Source: Candidatus Cloacimonadota bacterium
Lineage (GTDB): Bacteria; Cloacimonadota; Cloacimonadia; G963667145
Assembly: GCA_963667255.1 (NCBI GenBank)
Contig: OY762940.1
Span: 96,001 to 160,000, forward strand
Length of the DNA stretch: 64,000 bases
Direction of reading: 5' to 3'
In this document: in pieces, positions 63,135 to 64,000 of the stretch
Layout of the letters: every line of letters begins with the position of its first letter
How positions within the stretch are numbered: the stretch's first letter is position 1
Translations under genes and position numbers: made by a program
The notes under the pieces: model-generated
The model's database searches: none
The model's input: only the letters and a program-made list of their open reading frames with translations
What the model was told of the DNA's origin: nothing

Positions 63135-64000
63135 TTTTTATAAATACTTTTTCTTCTCAAATATATCCATCTTGGTAACGACAAGAAAAACAAATAAGTT
63201 AAACCAAAGAAAACAATGTAATTAAACATTTCGTCCAAAGAATTTCTAAGAAAATCTCCATATGGCAATCTCTTAATTACTACTTTAATTAAAAAATGCC
63301 ATAATGAAATATAAACAGAAAAAATTGTTATTTTTGAGATCTTCCTTACACGCTTTTCTTTATGATTAAACCATTCTAAAAGCTGTGGAATAACAAAAAT
63401 TAAAAACATAAGTCTATAATCCCAATTATTCCCTAATAAAAATGTACCTATATAAATACAAGATCCAGCTCTAAACAAATCAAAATAAAGACCTTTAGAT
63501 ATCGAAATTGAAGAAATTCTATCTGTTATCAGGGTAAAAAAAGAGAAAATAAAAACAAAAATAACAAAAACATGGCTTATTATTCTTACAATAAATGAAA
63601 AATTTGCACCATAATTTTGCAAAAATAGCCAAAGAACATCTTTCCCGTAGCTACAGATAGAACTCCGAGGAGTTATCGCTCTAATTAGTAAAAGATCTGA
63701 ATACGATATAAAAAAATAAAGCAAAGACAAAGACAAAATTGATATTAAAAATAATACACTTTTCCCCCTCTTTAGTTTTAAAAAAATTGTGACAGCAAAA
63801 ATAGGGAATAATTTCAAAGCAACTCCCAATAAAATTAAAATAGCCGATATTTTATAAAATTTTTGAATTAATGATACCGATAAAATTACAATAAAAAATA
63901 TTATCAAATCAATGTTCCCCCTTTCAATCCCTAAGAGTACTGCTGGAGATAAAATAGCAAAAAAAATCGCACCAACAGTTTTATTATTAGCTCTTGAAAG
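63116..64000 (-). CDS. Polytopic membrane protein, GT87/DUF2029-like (5' end beyond the window)
   Basis: Frame open to the window edge: SPAVLLGIERGNIDLIIF...LKLFP...NWDYRL; very AT-rich. Confidence 0.65.
   Translation of the reverse strand, partial: LSRANNKTVGAIFFAILSPAVLLGIERGNIDLIIFFIVILSVSLIQKFYKISAILILLGVALKLFPIFAVTIFLKLKRGKSVLFLISILSLSLLYFFISYSDLLLIRAITPRSSICSYGKDVLWLFLQNYGANFSFIVRIISHVFVIFVFIFSFFTLITDRISSISISKGLYFDLFRAGSCIYIGTFLLGNNWDYRLMFLIFVIPQLLEWFNHKEKRVRKISKITIFSVYISLWHFLIKVVIKRLPYGDFLRNSLDEMFNYIVFFGLTYLFFLSLPRWIYLRRKSIYKKCPSNL

Overview
Bacterial chromosomal window from a diderm, fairly AT-rich organism; the lineage was not determined, but the 16S here would settle it. It is mostly minus-strand housekeeping: murJ, two MltD-like LysM transglycosylases, nnr, upp, the rpmF-plsX-fabD-fabG-acpP-fabF-rnc cluster with only a relic of fabH, trpB, guaA, a complete rrn operon, a pantothenate/CoA operon, uvrA and several ABC/TRAP transporters. 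The unusual material lies between 26 and 43 kb. (1) The 23S gene has two intervening sequences in unrelated helices with identical 20-nt ends; one holds a decayed GIY-YIG nuclease gene. (2) A four-helix-bundle gene, enclosed by inverted heptamer arrays, sits between tRNA-Ile and tRNA-Ala. (3) An AT-rich EcsC/membrane protein/TerB/GIY-YIG four-gene module follows a leader ORF containing an (ACTGA)18 microsatellite that runs into an intrinsic terminator. This is a candidate phase-variable attenuator, now split by an IS256-family element. (4) Composite REP-like repeats flank the pan/coa operon. Elsewhere there is a Trp-rich leader peptide before a stand-alone trpB, a three-gene cassette bounded by a duplicated SMR 3' end, and a deleted HEPN toxin. 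All family assignments come from motif recognition by eye; no searches were run.
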